64,000 bases of DNA, taken from positions 185,472 to 249,471 of the forward strand of contig JAANOX010000019.1 in the NCBI GenBank assembly GCA_020184695.1, in the 5' to 3' direction. Source of the stretch: Histomonas meleagridis 2922-C6/04-290x. Lineage: Eukaryota; Protista; Parabasalia. The notes beneath the pieces were generated by a model that saw only the letters and a program-made list of their open reading frames with translations, had not been told where the DNA came from and did no database searches. Below, one piece after another: positions 22,634 to 33,236 of the stretch. Both the position numbers and the translations under genes were made by a program. Numbering within the stretch: the stretch's first letter is position 1; every line of letters begins with the position of its first letter.

Positions 22634-24022
22634 ATGAAAGTCCAAACTTTAAACGGACATTTGAAAAGACAACATTTAATTCAAAAAGTGAATTGTGATG
22701 AAACCGATTTGACCAAAATGAGCTGGGCATTTGGTATACAAGACTTCTCTTCTTTGAAAGAATTTATTTGTAGGGATGGAATTACACTTGAGCATGCCCT
22801 TGTACACCCACAACTTCGAGTTGCTTTTAAACGACAGTTCACTCCATTAATTAAATTTTTACTAGCAAACCTTTGCAAACTTTTCGATGTTGCCATGATG
22901 GATATGACTGATGATAATAAGATGATAATTTCAAATGCTATTTATTGTTTAAGTACACCTGCTGTTTCATTCACAAATCATCTTCCTTCACATCGTGATT
23001 TTCTTCAAAAGCTATCAGACTTTCTACAAAGCCCTGATTTTAATCTCACAAGAGCAACAACTTTTTCCATTATTTTTGATTCAGCCATCAGTTTTACAAC
23101 GGGTTATATCCTTGTTACATTTCCAAACAAGGACACCCTAACTCAAAGAATGATGGCCCATATCAAGATGCCACCAATTTATAATTCAATTTCCAATTTA
23201 TTAGTTTCCTTATATTCGCCAATAATTAAGTTTCTAGCAGATAACAATGTTATGCAAAACATATTTGATTCATTAGGAGAAGATGATGAAGTAAATTCTT
23301 TAATTTTTGACTTATTCATCGAATGTTCAAAGAGTAATATAGCCATAATTTCCCCAATTGCAACCACCGAAAACATTCAAAAAATCCATGAACATGTATT
23401 TACATCTTCTTCCCACGAAGTTGGTTCTAAAGGTATTATTCTTATAATGGATATTTGCAATTGCATGAAATCTACTCGAAACACCAATGCCAACTTCAAA
23501 GAATCCATTGATCTTCTCATATCTAAGGTCGATGATATGTGCGACTACATTAAGTCTGGTGATGATTATACTATCGTCAAAAGTCACGTTGCAGATCTCA
23601 TCATTTATTTGATTCCACACATTCGGAGCTTTACACAACCGCTGAAAGATCTACCAATTCACTTTTTCAATATACTTTTTCAGTACCCTTTGAATTCCAT
23701 TGAACATCATCAGTTTATCGTCTTATTCAAATTGCTTTTGAATCAAATCAAACCAGAAGACATGAAACAAATAACAGATCGTATACCAATAGCATTTGAT
23801 CAATATAGAAAGATCAATGCGACATATTGGTATCATCTTTTCCAAGTAACACAATTAATAAAACATACTCATAAAGAACCTAAAAATGATGAAAAATGGA
23901 ACAAATATGTCTCAACGATGTTTGCAGACTTGACGGAAAGAAGCAAACAGGGATACGGAGGTAGGCTGCCGCAGGTGCAGGAGCCATCAGATTACTATGA
24001 TTACGAAGAAGAAGACATGTGA
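22634..24022 (+). CDS. SAPS/SIT4-phosphatase-associated-like helical protein
   Basis: 462-aa helical ORF. The N-terminal FKRQFTPLIKFLL and C-terminal WNKYV..GYGG pattern resembles the SAPS family; assigned by eye. Confidence 0.5.
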   Translation: MKVQTLNGHLKRQHLIQKVNCDETDLTKMSWAFGIQDFSSLKEFICRDGITLEHALVHPQLRVAFKRQFTPLIKFLLANLCKLFDVAMMDMTDDNKMIISNAIYCLSTPAVSFTNHLPSHRDFLQKLSDFLQSPDFNLTRATTFSIIFDSAISFTTGYILVTFPNKDTLTQRMMAHIKMPPIYNSISNLLVSLYSPIIKFLADNNVMQNIFDSLGEDDEVNSLIFDLFIECSKSNIAIISPIATTENIQKIHEHVFTSSSHEVGSKGIILIMDICNCMKSTRNTNANFKESIDLLISKVDDMCDYIKSGDDYTIVKSHVADLIIYLIPHIRSFTQPLKDLPIHFFNILFQYPLNSIEHHQFIVLFKLLLNQIKPEDMKQITDRIPIAFDQYRKINATYWYHLFQVTQLIKHTHKEPKNDEKWNKYVSTMFADLTERSKQGYGGRLPQVQEPSDYYDYEEEDM

Positions 24023-24493
24023 CTAGAGATCTTTGGATCTACTAGTCAAAGTATAAGTTAGTGACCTTTGGGTCTTCAAGTAAACATGATAAATGCCGAA
24101 ATATGTTTTATTGTCACTTGAAACCAGTATCTAAAATCATGGTGAGACGCCATGTTCCATAATATGTATGCTGTTAACAGCATTTGTATCATTTGTTATT
24201 TTATTTTGAAATATTTTCGAATATATTTGTTATAACAAAGCATAATTATAACATTCAAAGGATATAGAAAGATAGATTAGAGAAAGCAGATGCCTTGCTG
24301 AATAGGATAAGTTTTTATCTATCAAGGATAAAGCTGTAAGTGAAAAATTATGAGGAATCGTATTTCCAGAACATAACGGTCACCCGCGATGGTTATTTTT
24401 CGCGCCAAAAGCTCAACCAGCTTCCAGCTAAAATTCAACTTTTTCACTTGTTTATACTCTCAAATTTTAATTCCTTAAATAAGAGTTTACAAT

Positions 24494-25684
24494 ATGAATC
24501 CAAAGGAACATTGCGACTGGGAAACACTTCTATCAGTAAATCAAGCAATTTTTGGTTTGAATGAAGAAAATTTTTCCAGATCTTTAGGTTTAATAATCAA
24601 CAAATTTGATGAAATCCATCCTTTATCTTATGATTTAATTATTATTCAAATGATATATTATTCCTTTGTAATTAAAAATAATAATGCAGATTTATTTTTG
24701 AATATCATAAAAGAAATAAGAACATTTGAAGAGAGTAATAAAATCAAATCCAATATATTTGAAATATTTGGGCAATTTCTTAATAATAAGCATACAGATG
24801 AATCATATTATCTTCTTGAAGCTATGATTGAACATAATTTTCTTGAACCAAGCATTGTAAAAAACAAGCAGATTGCTTATTTTGTACATTACATGCCTGA
24901 AGATAAATTAGCAATCCATTTAAGGAAATATGATTACAAAAATTATGAAGAACTTTCAAAGAACAATTGGGAACTTCATAAGAAACTGATCAGAGAGGGA
25001 CAAAATCCGAATGAAATTGCAAAAATAATTCGAAATGATGAAATAGAAAAACTTCAAGAAATATCATCACAATCAAACTTTTATATTGATCAAACAATTC
25101 CAAAATCACTTTATGAAAGATGTTCTTTTATTTATAAATTAAATGTTACATTAATTGATTATGCAGCATTTTTTGGATCAATTAAATGTTTTAAATATTT
25201 ACTTATGAATGGTGCAAATGTTAAAAATGCAGGTATATATGCGGTTGCAGGTGGAAACTTAGAGATAATTCATTTATGTGAACAAAATCATTCGGCATTT
25301 GAAGGTGCATATGTAACTGCAATTGAATTTCATCGAAATGATGTCTTTAAATATATTTATGAGAATAAATTCGAAAAACATGATAAAAATTATGTGGATT
25401 TGGGATGCATTTGTATTAAATATGGGAATTATGAGATTTTAACATTTTTAGAAAAAGAAGGAATGAAAGTTAATCAAAATATTATTGATGAATCAGCAAG
25501 AATTGGAAACTTATATCTTTTTAAATATTTTTTACAAAATGAGCAAATTCCAATCGATACTTTATTTTTTTCTATAGAATCAAATAACCATGAACTTGTC
25601 AAATTTATTATTGATCAAGAAGCAATTGATATTAATGCTAAAGATATTTATTCGTTTTATTTAAGATTTATTTTAATAAAATAA
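24494..25684 (+). CDS. DUF3447-type ankyrin-family protein, N-terminal part; frame stops inside the first spacer
   Basis: LIDYAAFFGSIKCFKYLLMNGA..YAVAGGNLEIIH..AIEFHRNDVF. Ends IDINAKD-IYSFYLRFILIK*. Confidence 0.85.
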   Translation: MNPKEHCDWETLLSVNQAIFGLNEENFSRSLGLIINKFDEIHPLSYDLIIIQMIYYSFVIKNNNADLFLNIIKEIRTFEESNKIKSNIFEIFGQFLNNKHTDESYYLLEAMIEHNFLEPSIVKNKQIAYFVHYMPEDKLAIHLRKYDYKNYEELSKNNWELHKKLIREGQNPNEIAKIIRNDEIEKLQEISSQSNFYIDQTIPKSLYERCSFIYKLNVTLIDYAAFFGSIKCFKYLLMNGANVKNAGIYAVAGGNLEIIHLCEQNHSAFEGAYVTAIEFHRNDVFKYIYENKFEKHDKNYVDLGCICIKYGNYEILTFLEKEGMKVNQNIIDESARIGNLYLFKYFLQNEQIPIDTLFFSIESNNHELVKFIIDQEAIDINAKDIYSFYLRFILIK

Positions 25685-26817
25685 TGTTTCAAAATAAAAT
25701 TTGGAAATTATTTAAGTTATTTGAAACAGCATTTATGAAAGCATCTTATTATGGTCATATAGAAATAGTCAAATTGCTTTTAAAACAGAAAGGAATTGAT
25801 GTTAATGATGAAGATATTTATTTGTTTTATTTAATATTTATTGTAAAAAAATGATTTTTCAAAATAATATTTGGAAATTATTTAACTTTTTTAAAACAGC
25901 ACTTATGTTAGCATCTAAAAATGGTCATACAGAAACAGTTAAATTACTTCTTGAGCAAGAAGGAATTGATATTAATGCTCAAAATATTTATTTATTTTGT
26001 TTTATATTTATTTTAATAATTTGATATTTCATAATAATATTTGGAAATTATTTAACTTATTTAAAACAGCACTTATGATTGCATCTAAAAATGGTCATAC
26101 AGAAATAGTTAAATTACTTCTTGAACAAGAAGGAATTGATATTAATGCTCAAAATATTTATTTATTTTGTTTTATATTTATTTTAATAATTTGATATTTC
26201 AAAATAATATTTGGAAATTATTTAACTTATTTAAAACAGCACTTATGATTGCATCTAAAAATGGTCATACAGAAATAGTTAAATTACTTCTTGAACAAGA
26301 AGGAATTGATATTAATGCTCAAAATATTTATTTATTTTGTTTTATATTTATTTTAATAATTTGATATTTCAAAATAATATTTGGAAATTATTTAAAACAG
26401 CACTTATGTATGAATCTAAAAATGGTAATACAGAAATAGTTAAATTACTTCTTGAACAAAAAGGAATTGATATTAATGCTGATGATTTTTGTTCGTTTTG
26501 TTTAAAATTAATTTTAATAATTTTATATTTCAAAATAATATTTGGAAATTATTTAAAACAGCACTTATGTATGCATCTAAAAATGGTAATACAGAAATAG
26601 TTAAATTACTTCTTGAACAAAAAGGAATTGATATCAATGCTGATGATATTTGTTCGTTTTGTTTAAAATTAATTTTAATAATTTTATATTTCAAAATAAT
26701 ATTTGGAAATTATTTCTATTATTTAACACAGCACTTACTTATGCATCTTCAAAAGGTCATTTAGAAACAGTTCAAATGCTTCTTGAACAAGTATCCCCGA
26801 AGTACAGTAGTATTTGA
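25646..26817 (+). repeat. array of 7 single-ankyrin-repeat cassettes with 80/71-nt spacers
   Basis: Cassettes start at 25726, 25896, 26066, 26236, 26397, 26558 and 26728. Spacers are 80, 80, 80, 80, 71, 71 and 80 nt. The last cassette runs to TGA at 26815-26817. Confidence 0.9.
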
Positions 26818-27230
26818 ATCAGTTTTGAAATATTTCAAAAGAATGCAAAATAAAAAGATAATAAATAAATTATTAAATTATTATCATTAAATTAAATAAA
26901 TTAATTTCATATGAAATTTGATATGAAAGCTATTAATAAAAAATTTGATATCATTATAATATTTTAATGCAACAAATTATATTTCTTAAATTTTAAATCT
27001 TTGAATTAATTCATATTGTTTGATTAGTCAAAAACGTCGACAACACCATTTGGCAACCGTTAAAAAAATTTATTTAATGAAATAAAAATATCTCATTACA
27101 TCTATACATGAAATTATAAAATAATTAAATAGAATATTATATTTATATATTTAAATGATATATTATTTCAAATTTATTAGCTTTAAGTGTATAATTTAAA
27201 AATTAAGTTTAAAAAAAAATTGATTATTTT

Positions 27231-27552
27231 TTATTGATGTATCCTAATGTTTGCCCTTGGTGATATTGGTGAATCAATCAAGCAATTCTCTTCGATTCTT
27301 TGCTTGAGTTTATTCTCATTAATAACCACTGTATGTGGATCATTTGAGGTATCAATTTCTAATTCGTCACGATAAAATCCATTTCGATTGTTCTCTGAAG
27401 TCGTTGCACGTTCAATAGTTGAGAGAACGCGAGCAATTCGAATTTGATCATCAAGTCGGGTACCATTTCCATATTTTAAAGTTGTAGAACGAATTTCATT
27501 TTTAAATACACCAAATGTTACTAAATCGAGTAATTGGAATAAATGTGAAGAA
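27231..27552 (-). pseudogene. C-terminal fragment of a pogo/Tigger-type (DDE_1) transposase
   Basis: SSHLFQLLDLVTFGVFK resembles the DDE_1 motif SSHxxQPLDxxxFGxFK. Confidence 0.65.
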
Positions 27553-27700
27553 ACACACACACAGCAGAGCCTCCACTTCGCTTCGCTCTGCACTCGCTTT
27601 TGCTCGGTGTGTGATCCAGACATTATGAATATATAATATGGTGTTTTTATAAGATTTGTAGAATTATGATGTTTTTGATTAAATTATTAGTACTTTTAGA

Positions 27701-28121
27701 GTTCCTAGGTTCCTGTTAGTTCCTGGGAACTTTGTATTCATCTAAAATTTACCGCAACACGCAATTACGCAACAATTATATATTTTCGACAATAATAATG
27801 TAGTATAATGCTAGTTGCTAGAAAATATTATAATTATACTTTTTTATCTAGGAAACTATAAATAATAATATATAACTGTTGAGATATATATCGTTGAGAT
27901 ATTATTGTTGATATATATTGTTGTAATATATTTATGAACATAAATAATAATAATAATATATATAGTTTTCAGTTTTCTAGATGAATAGGTATAATTAGAG
28001 ATATATTACATCGCATATGACATATGACATATTACTGTATGGAGATGTTTTATTATATGCATAATTGCGTGTTGCGGTCTATTTTCATAAAAATGTGAAG
28101 TTCCCAGGAACTTCTAGGAAC
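27701..28121. repeat. about 420-bp imperfect palindrome centred near 27914
   Basis: Paired arms: 27701-27708/28114-28121 (8 bp), 27718-27732/28098-28112 (15 bp perfect), 27751-27767/28062-28078 (17 bp perfect), 27843-27857/27971-27985 (13 of 15). Confidence 0.9.
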
Positions 28122-28214
28122 TATTAAACTATTAAATCATTATAGACGTCAACAAAATCACCGTGATTCTACAATATTCATTATCATAAATGTATTGTGT
28201 TATAATAACAGACA

Positions 28215-28418
28215 TTAAGTATATAATGCTTTTACACTAGCTGGTAAATCTTCATTGTCATTCGTTTCAATATCATCATCACTATATTCACAATCATTTA
28301 ATTCAATATAAACAGGTTTCTTATAATCAAAATATGTTATATCACATAATATATTCAATGTATAATCTATTACATATATTGTTGCTAATATACATAACCA
28401 TAACATTGTAAAACTCAT
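28215..28418 (-). CDS. small ORF with an N-terminal hydrophobic helix and acidic tail (element-borne)
   Basis: MSFTMLWLCILATIYVIDY...ELNDCEYSDDDIETNDNED; 67 aa, inside the insert. Confidence 0.4.
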   Translation of the reverse strand: MSFTMLWLCILATIYVIDYTLNILCDITYFDYKKPVYIELNDCEYSDDDIETNDNEDLPASVKALYT

Positions 28419-28488
28419 TATTTAATAAAAATAAATAATTATGAGTTTCATCATTAGATACCCCAGTTATTCATGACCTTAATATGAT

Positions 28489-29082
28489 TCAAATATATGT
28501 TATACCTGGTGCTGATTTAACAAATTTGAGTGATATCTTATGTTTATCTATAAATTCTATTACGTCAGGGACACTATATTTCATATTATATGTTTCACCA
28601 TCTTTCTTAACATATATTTTACTAACATAATAATGAGTATTACTCTTACAACAAAATGTACCAGTATCAGTTTATAACATTTCTACTTATGAAGTATCTG
28701 TTAATAATTGTATTAATTTAATTAATACATCTTCATCAGCTATAATATATTTATTCACAATTGATGGATTATTCTCTATAATATCCAGACATCAGACTAA
28801 TGCTTGTATTAATAAATCTTTATTATGAATAATATTTTGTAAATTATTATTTAATTCATTTGCTGTATCAATACTTCTATCAACTATATTATTTACAATA
28901 TTATTTTCGTTAATATCTGGATACTCGTTTCCACTCTTAAATCTCTCTGAGCCATACCTTACATCATATGGATTTACAACAACATTAACATTTTGATTCT
29001 GTTGTGGAGAATTTAAATTAGTATTAACTTTTGCTAAAAAATTTCTTGAACATGATAATACATTTAATTTTGGAACTGACAT
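28489..29082 (-). pseudogene. degenerate Maverick-associated uncharacterised gene
   Basis: MSVPKLN...VNVVVNPYDVRYG... continues after a frameshift as NNPSIVNKYIIADEDVLIKLIQLLTDTS*VEML*TDTGTFCC...KHKISLKFV. Resembles a repeated Trichomonas Maverick ORF family, from recall. Confidence 0.5.
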
Positions 29083-29431
29083 AATTTATATAATAAAAAA
29101 TATATATTTTATAATGTTTAAATTAACGTTTTTGATTATACCATATAAATTAAAACTTAAAAAAGTGTTTACTATCAAACAAATGCCTTATATTGAATAT
29201 ATAATCTTTAATATGAAAGATTTAGTGATATATAAATATATAATTTCTGCTGATGAAAATAATATTCAAAGTTGTAACAAATTGTTGTGGAGAATTCATT
29301 GTTGCATAACTAATAGTCCCAGATCCTGTTGTTTTAATATTACTTTTAACAGTTTCATTTGTATTCACTAAAACCAATAATCATCGTTAACAACACTTTA
29401 TGTTGCTAACAACGGTTCTTTATCACACACT

Positions 29432-30010
29432 GGTTTGTCCCTAAATTTTTCATCATTTCTCAAATTTTGAATGTAATCAAGAAAAACATCATTAATGTAT
29501 TCTGAAATGATATCCATCCAGGCATAATGTATGATAATATTTTTTCCTCTGCGGATTCCTGATTGCGAAACTTCATAATCAAAAGTCTTTCTTGATGTTA
29601 TCATTAATGGTGTTTATATATCACCAGCCATAGAAATAGAAGTAATTAGTGAGATTATTTTTTCTGCTCTATCCGCACAATATTCAATTCTGGCATTTTT
29701 CAATTGTAAAGGGACAACCACCTTTTTTGTTTTTCTAATGACCTATTCCTGTTGACCAATATCATCAAGATTAAAATCAATTTTGTCGGCAAACCGCTTA
29801 CATATTTTTATTGATTTATAAATATGTTTTAAACCAGAACTCCTCGATAAATTAATTCGATCTATTTCCTGTGGACAAGCTGTCTCAACAATTTTATTTT
29901 AATGTCTATTAATAAAATTATGATACCAGGATGGAGAAACAGTAATATTAAATTGTTCGAAAATATAATTACGGATCACTTTCTTTGTTCATGGTTTGTG
30001 ACATTCAGCT
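29432..30010 (-). pseudogene. N-terminal/central part of a pogo/Tigger-type (DDE_1) transposase, with stops
   Basis: KKVIRNYIFEQFNITVSPSWYHNFINRH (CENP-B HTH-like), ACPQEIDR, IDFNLDDIGQQE (NxDExG-like), KVVVP, ISLITSISMAGDI*TPLMIT, INDVFLDYIQNLR. Confidence 0.7.
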
Positions 30011-30011
30011 C

Positions 30012-31745
30012 TTAAGTATATATATTACAGCTGTTTGCTTTTTGTTTGGCTTGCTTTACAAAATTACCAAAAAATTTATGTTTTATATTTGCTTCGAATG
30101 GTAATATTTTCTTATGATCTAATTTAGATAATGTTTTATTATGATAAGTATAATTATAATTATGTATGATTTTATTCATATCATGGTGTTCAATACAATC
30201 TGAACCCATATTATCAGCCATATTTTCAATAGTTTCACAAATTCTATTAATCATAGCTGAAAATGAATGTAAAGGATAAGATTTATTTATAAATATCATT
30301 TTATTAACAGGAATCACATTAGTACCAATTAAATGATTTGATATATATTGTAAAAATTCTGATAAAAATTATTTTTCTGAATTACAATGAATAATTTTAG
30401 GATTAAATAAACCTGTACCATAAAAATCAAATAAAGCTTTAGCTACACTTTCTATTGATTTTTCACTATTTTCATCGATTATTCTAATATTAGTAGAAGT
30501 ACAGAATAAATGTCTGATTTGTACTTCTACAGCTAATGAATAACAATAATCATATTCCAATCCGTTATAATGTGAAAAAAATAAATCCATTTGATATTCT
30601 CCATTACCTCCAATATATTTTAATTAATATTTTTTATTTTATTTGGAAAGGAAAATAATTTATATTGGTTTTATTTTACCTATATTCGTATAATCAATAC
30701 TATAAGGTATAATTAATTTTTTAAATAAATATTCATTTTTATTTGAAGTTTTGAAACCTGTATTAATATTATGTTTATCTTCATAAATATTGTAAAATTC
30801 ATTTAGAGTTACTTGTCTAAAATGATAAAAATGATATGATAGATATAATGAATAAGCATAATCTAATGGAATATTTTGTTGTATATATGAGTTAGTTAAT
30901 TCTGTAATTAAGAAATTATTAAATTCTTGTATGGTTTTAGGTTTCCCATTTTTAAAATCATTTTCTATCTCTTTTGCGAATATTTTATGAAGTAATTTTC
31001 TTAGAGGTGTATATTGTAGAATAATAGACTTATAACAGCCACAACATTCATTTAATGTATATGAACCTATATGACCATCGATATAATCTATATTATATTA
31101 TTGAATAATATCATTAATTAATTTCATAAATTCATTAGAATCTAGTTTTGTATTAATTTGGGTTTTTCTTTAATAAATTAGAATAAATCTATTTATTAAT
31201 ATTTTGATAATATTCTAACATAGTTTTATGATTAATTATATATGTTGGTAATATTGGAACCCCATTTTTAACAGATTTTGTTTTTACATTTATTAGTTTC
31301 AAAAAATTATTTAATAATAAATCAAATTTTAGAATACGAATAATCACTTTTAAATTTTGCATTAAAAATTCGTAAAAAGAAGGCCATATTTCAGGTCCTT
31401 CATCATTAACGTAGAGCTAATCGACGTACTTAATCTATTGATGATAATATTCCTTTAGTAGCATTCTCAATACTAAACATTGATAAAACATGATTTTTTT
31501 TTATTTAATAAATTAATAATAATCCTAACATAGAATATTCTGAATCAATTCCTTTACCATTTATTATTTTGAGCAATATTTTAAAATTGGGCTAACTACT
31601 ATTATATTCATATTAATTATATTTGGTTCTATTTACATTAGAATAAATACAAAAATAATCTTCATAATGATCATGTTCAATAAAATCAGCATGCATTGAA
31701 ACATCAAACACGAAATAATCTTTAAACTTACATTTACATTGTCAA
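30012..31745 (-). pseudogene. degenerate AT-rich ORF remnants of unknown, possibly viral/Maverick, origin
   Basis: Broken minus-strand frames such as CKCKFKDYFVFDVSMHADFIEHDHYEDYFC, YVNDEGPEIWPSFYEF, YIDGHIGSYTLNECCGCYKSII, plus ORFs 30369-30590 and 30012-30317. Confidence 0.3.
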
Positions 31746-31920
31746 ACAACAATATATCTAGGATTTTGACAGTCTACAAATTCAGAAGGGAAACAGTTTT
31801 TTTTTTTTCTGAAGTCCAAAGATATGTTTTAGTTACGAGTTTAAGCATTTATTAAAATAAATTAAAAGATTTTGCACATTAGATGTATTCTGACAGAGGA
31901 ACTTTTTCTATACTATAGTA

Positions 31921-32066
31921 TACCATTTTCACATCATGTTGGCCATTTTCCATTTCAAGATGGCCAACCGTTTCCTATCGTGAATCTTAAAATTCAAGAT
32001 ATAAAAAACCGATTTTTTTTTTTGAGTGAAGCATCTTTTAAATTCTATGTCGTAAAATGTTGTATT
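31921..32066 (+). repeat. TIR (146 bp) at the transposase 3' side of the Tc1-like element
   Basis: Reverse complement of 33237-33423, apart from a few substitutions and two extra 21-bp units in the other TIR. Confidence 0.9.
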
Positions 32067-32149
32067 CCAAAAAATATCGATATTTTTTATATGTATATTC
32101 TAATTTTTTTAATATAAAATAATATAAATAATTAAAAAGTATATTTTTT

Positions 32150-33220
32150 CAATTATGATTGGTATCATTTGAAATATCATAGGATAAAATTTGTATGAAT
32201 AATTCAAATAATTTTGTACATTTTCCATTGTAACATTTTCAATTGCATCATTTATTGCTGCTTCGAGAACCTGAAACCGAACAACTCCTTTTTTCCCAAA
32301 AGGAAAATTAATCGTACCTAGAAGTATTTGATTTTTTTCTTGTAAATATCATTTTACATATGCTTTAATTTGACTAAAACATCTTTCAATTGGATTAAGA
32401 TATGAGGAATATGGTGGTAAAAATAAAAGTACAAACTGAGCTTCTTGGCATAATCTAAGTAGTTCATATTGTCGATGAATTGAATAATTATCTAAAATTA
32501 AGACAAATTTTTTATTTGGATATTTTGTCTATAAATTATTAATTAAATTTTTAAAATATTTTTCAAATCAAATTGCATCAACATTATTTGTTTCAGTTTC
32601 ATGGTATACCCAACCATAATTTGGACTAACAGCTGCTAAAATATTGATTTTTCTACATCCATCGATTAATGATGATTGAACTGCTCTTTTTCCAAATTCA
32701 GATCTTTACATATTTCTTCTCGTCAAAATTGTAAAATTTGATTCATCAATGTAAATTTGTTGAATACTCTCTGATAAATTTGTCAATTGATTTAAATAAT
32801 TTACTCGCTGTTGAATTATTTCTGGTGTATTTGCATTTGCAGAAACATAGCGAAGCTTTTTATAAGAAACAAAATTTCCATCCAAATGACAGTGAATTGT
32901 AGATAAAGATATCTGATCATTTGGTATTTCAAAGTGTTCTAATAAAGCATTTTTGATTTCGAGAAGTGTTGATGCGCTGTTTTCTTCCACATAATAAATT
33001 CTTCCATCTCAGGAGTAACGATTTGATGATGAGGACCTCCTCTATTTAAAATTGGTGGACAATTAAAATTATTCTCCATAATTTGGTGAGTTCTTCTTCT
33101 AATTGTCCTTGAAGACATTCCAAGAGCTGATCCTACTACATTAGGATCTTCACCATTCACAATTGTTTTTGTTAAAGCCTCTAAATCTTTGACACGAGGT
33201 ATATATCTAAGCATACACAT
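32150..33220 (-). pseudogene. Tc1/IS630 transposase pseudogene (end approximate)
   Basis: HTH region, YIDES, then LDNYSIH...LPPYSSYLNPIE with 34 residues between D and E. Split over three frames with internal stops. Confidence 0.85.
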
Positions 33221-33236
33221 CTTAAAATAATAAACA

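Larger units (their letters stand above)
27553..29431. mobile_element. about 1.9-kb Maverick/Polinton-like remnant inserted in the DDE_1 transposase
   Basis: Lies between the N- and C-terminal transposase halves. Short inverted termini GTGTGTGAT (27607-27615) and ATCACACAC (29422-29430), an internal long palindrome, and small AT-rich ORFs resembling trichomonad Maverick ORFs (recalled, not searched). No TSD found. Confidence 0.5.

Noticed and set aside
25997-26764. Short ORFs in the track (MFYIYFNN..., MFVLFKIN..., also 11248..11478) treated as independent genes
   Set aside because: They start at TTG inside spacers, and each holds one ankyrin cassette; better explained as parts of the cassette array.
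10757-26817. CRISPR-like interpretation of the regularly spaced arrays
   Set aside because: Eukaryotic context, no cas genes; both alternating parts are homologous repeats and one encodes ankyrin.
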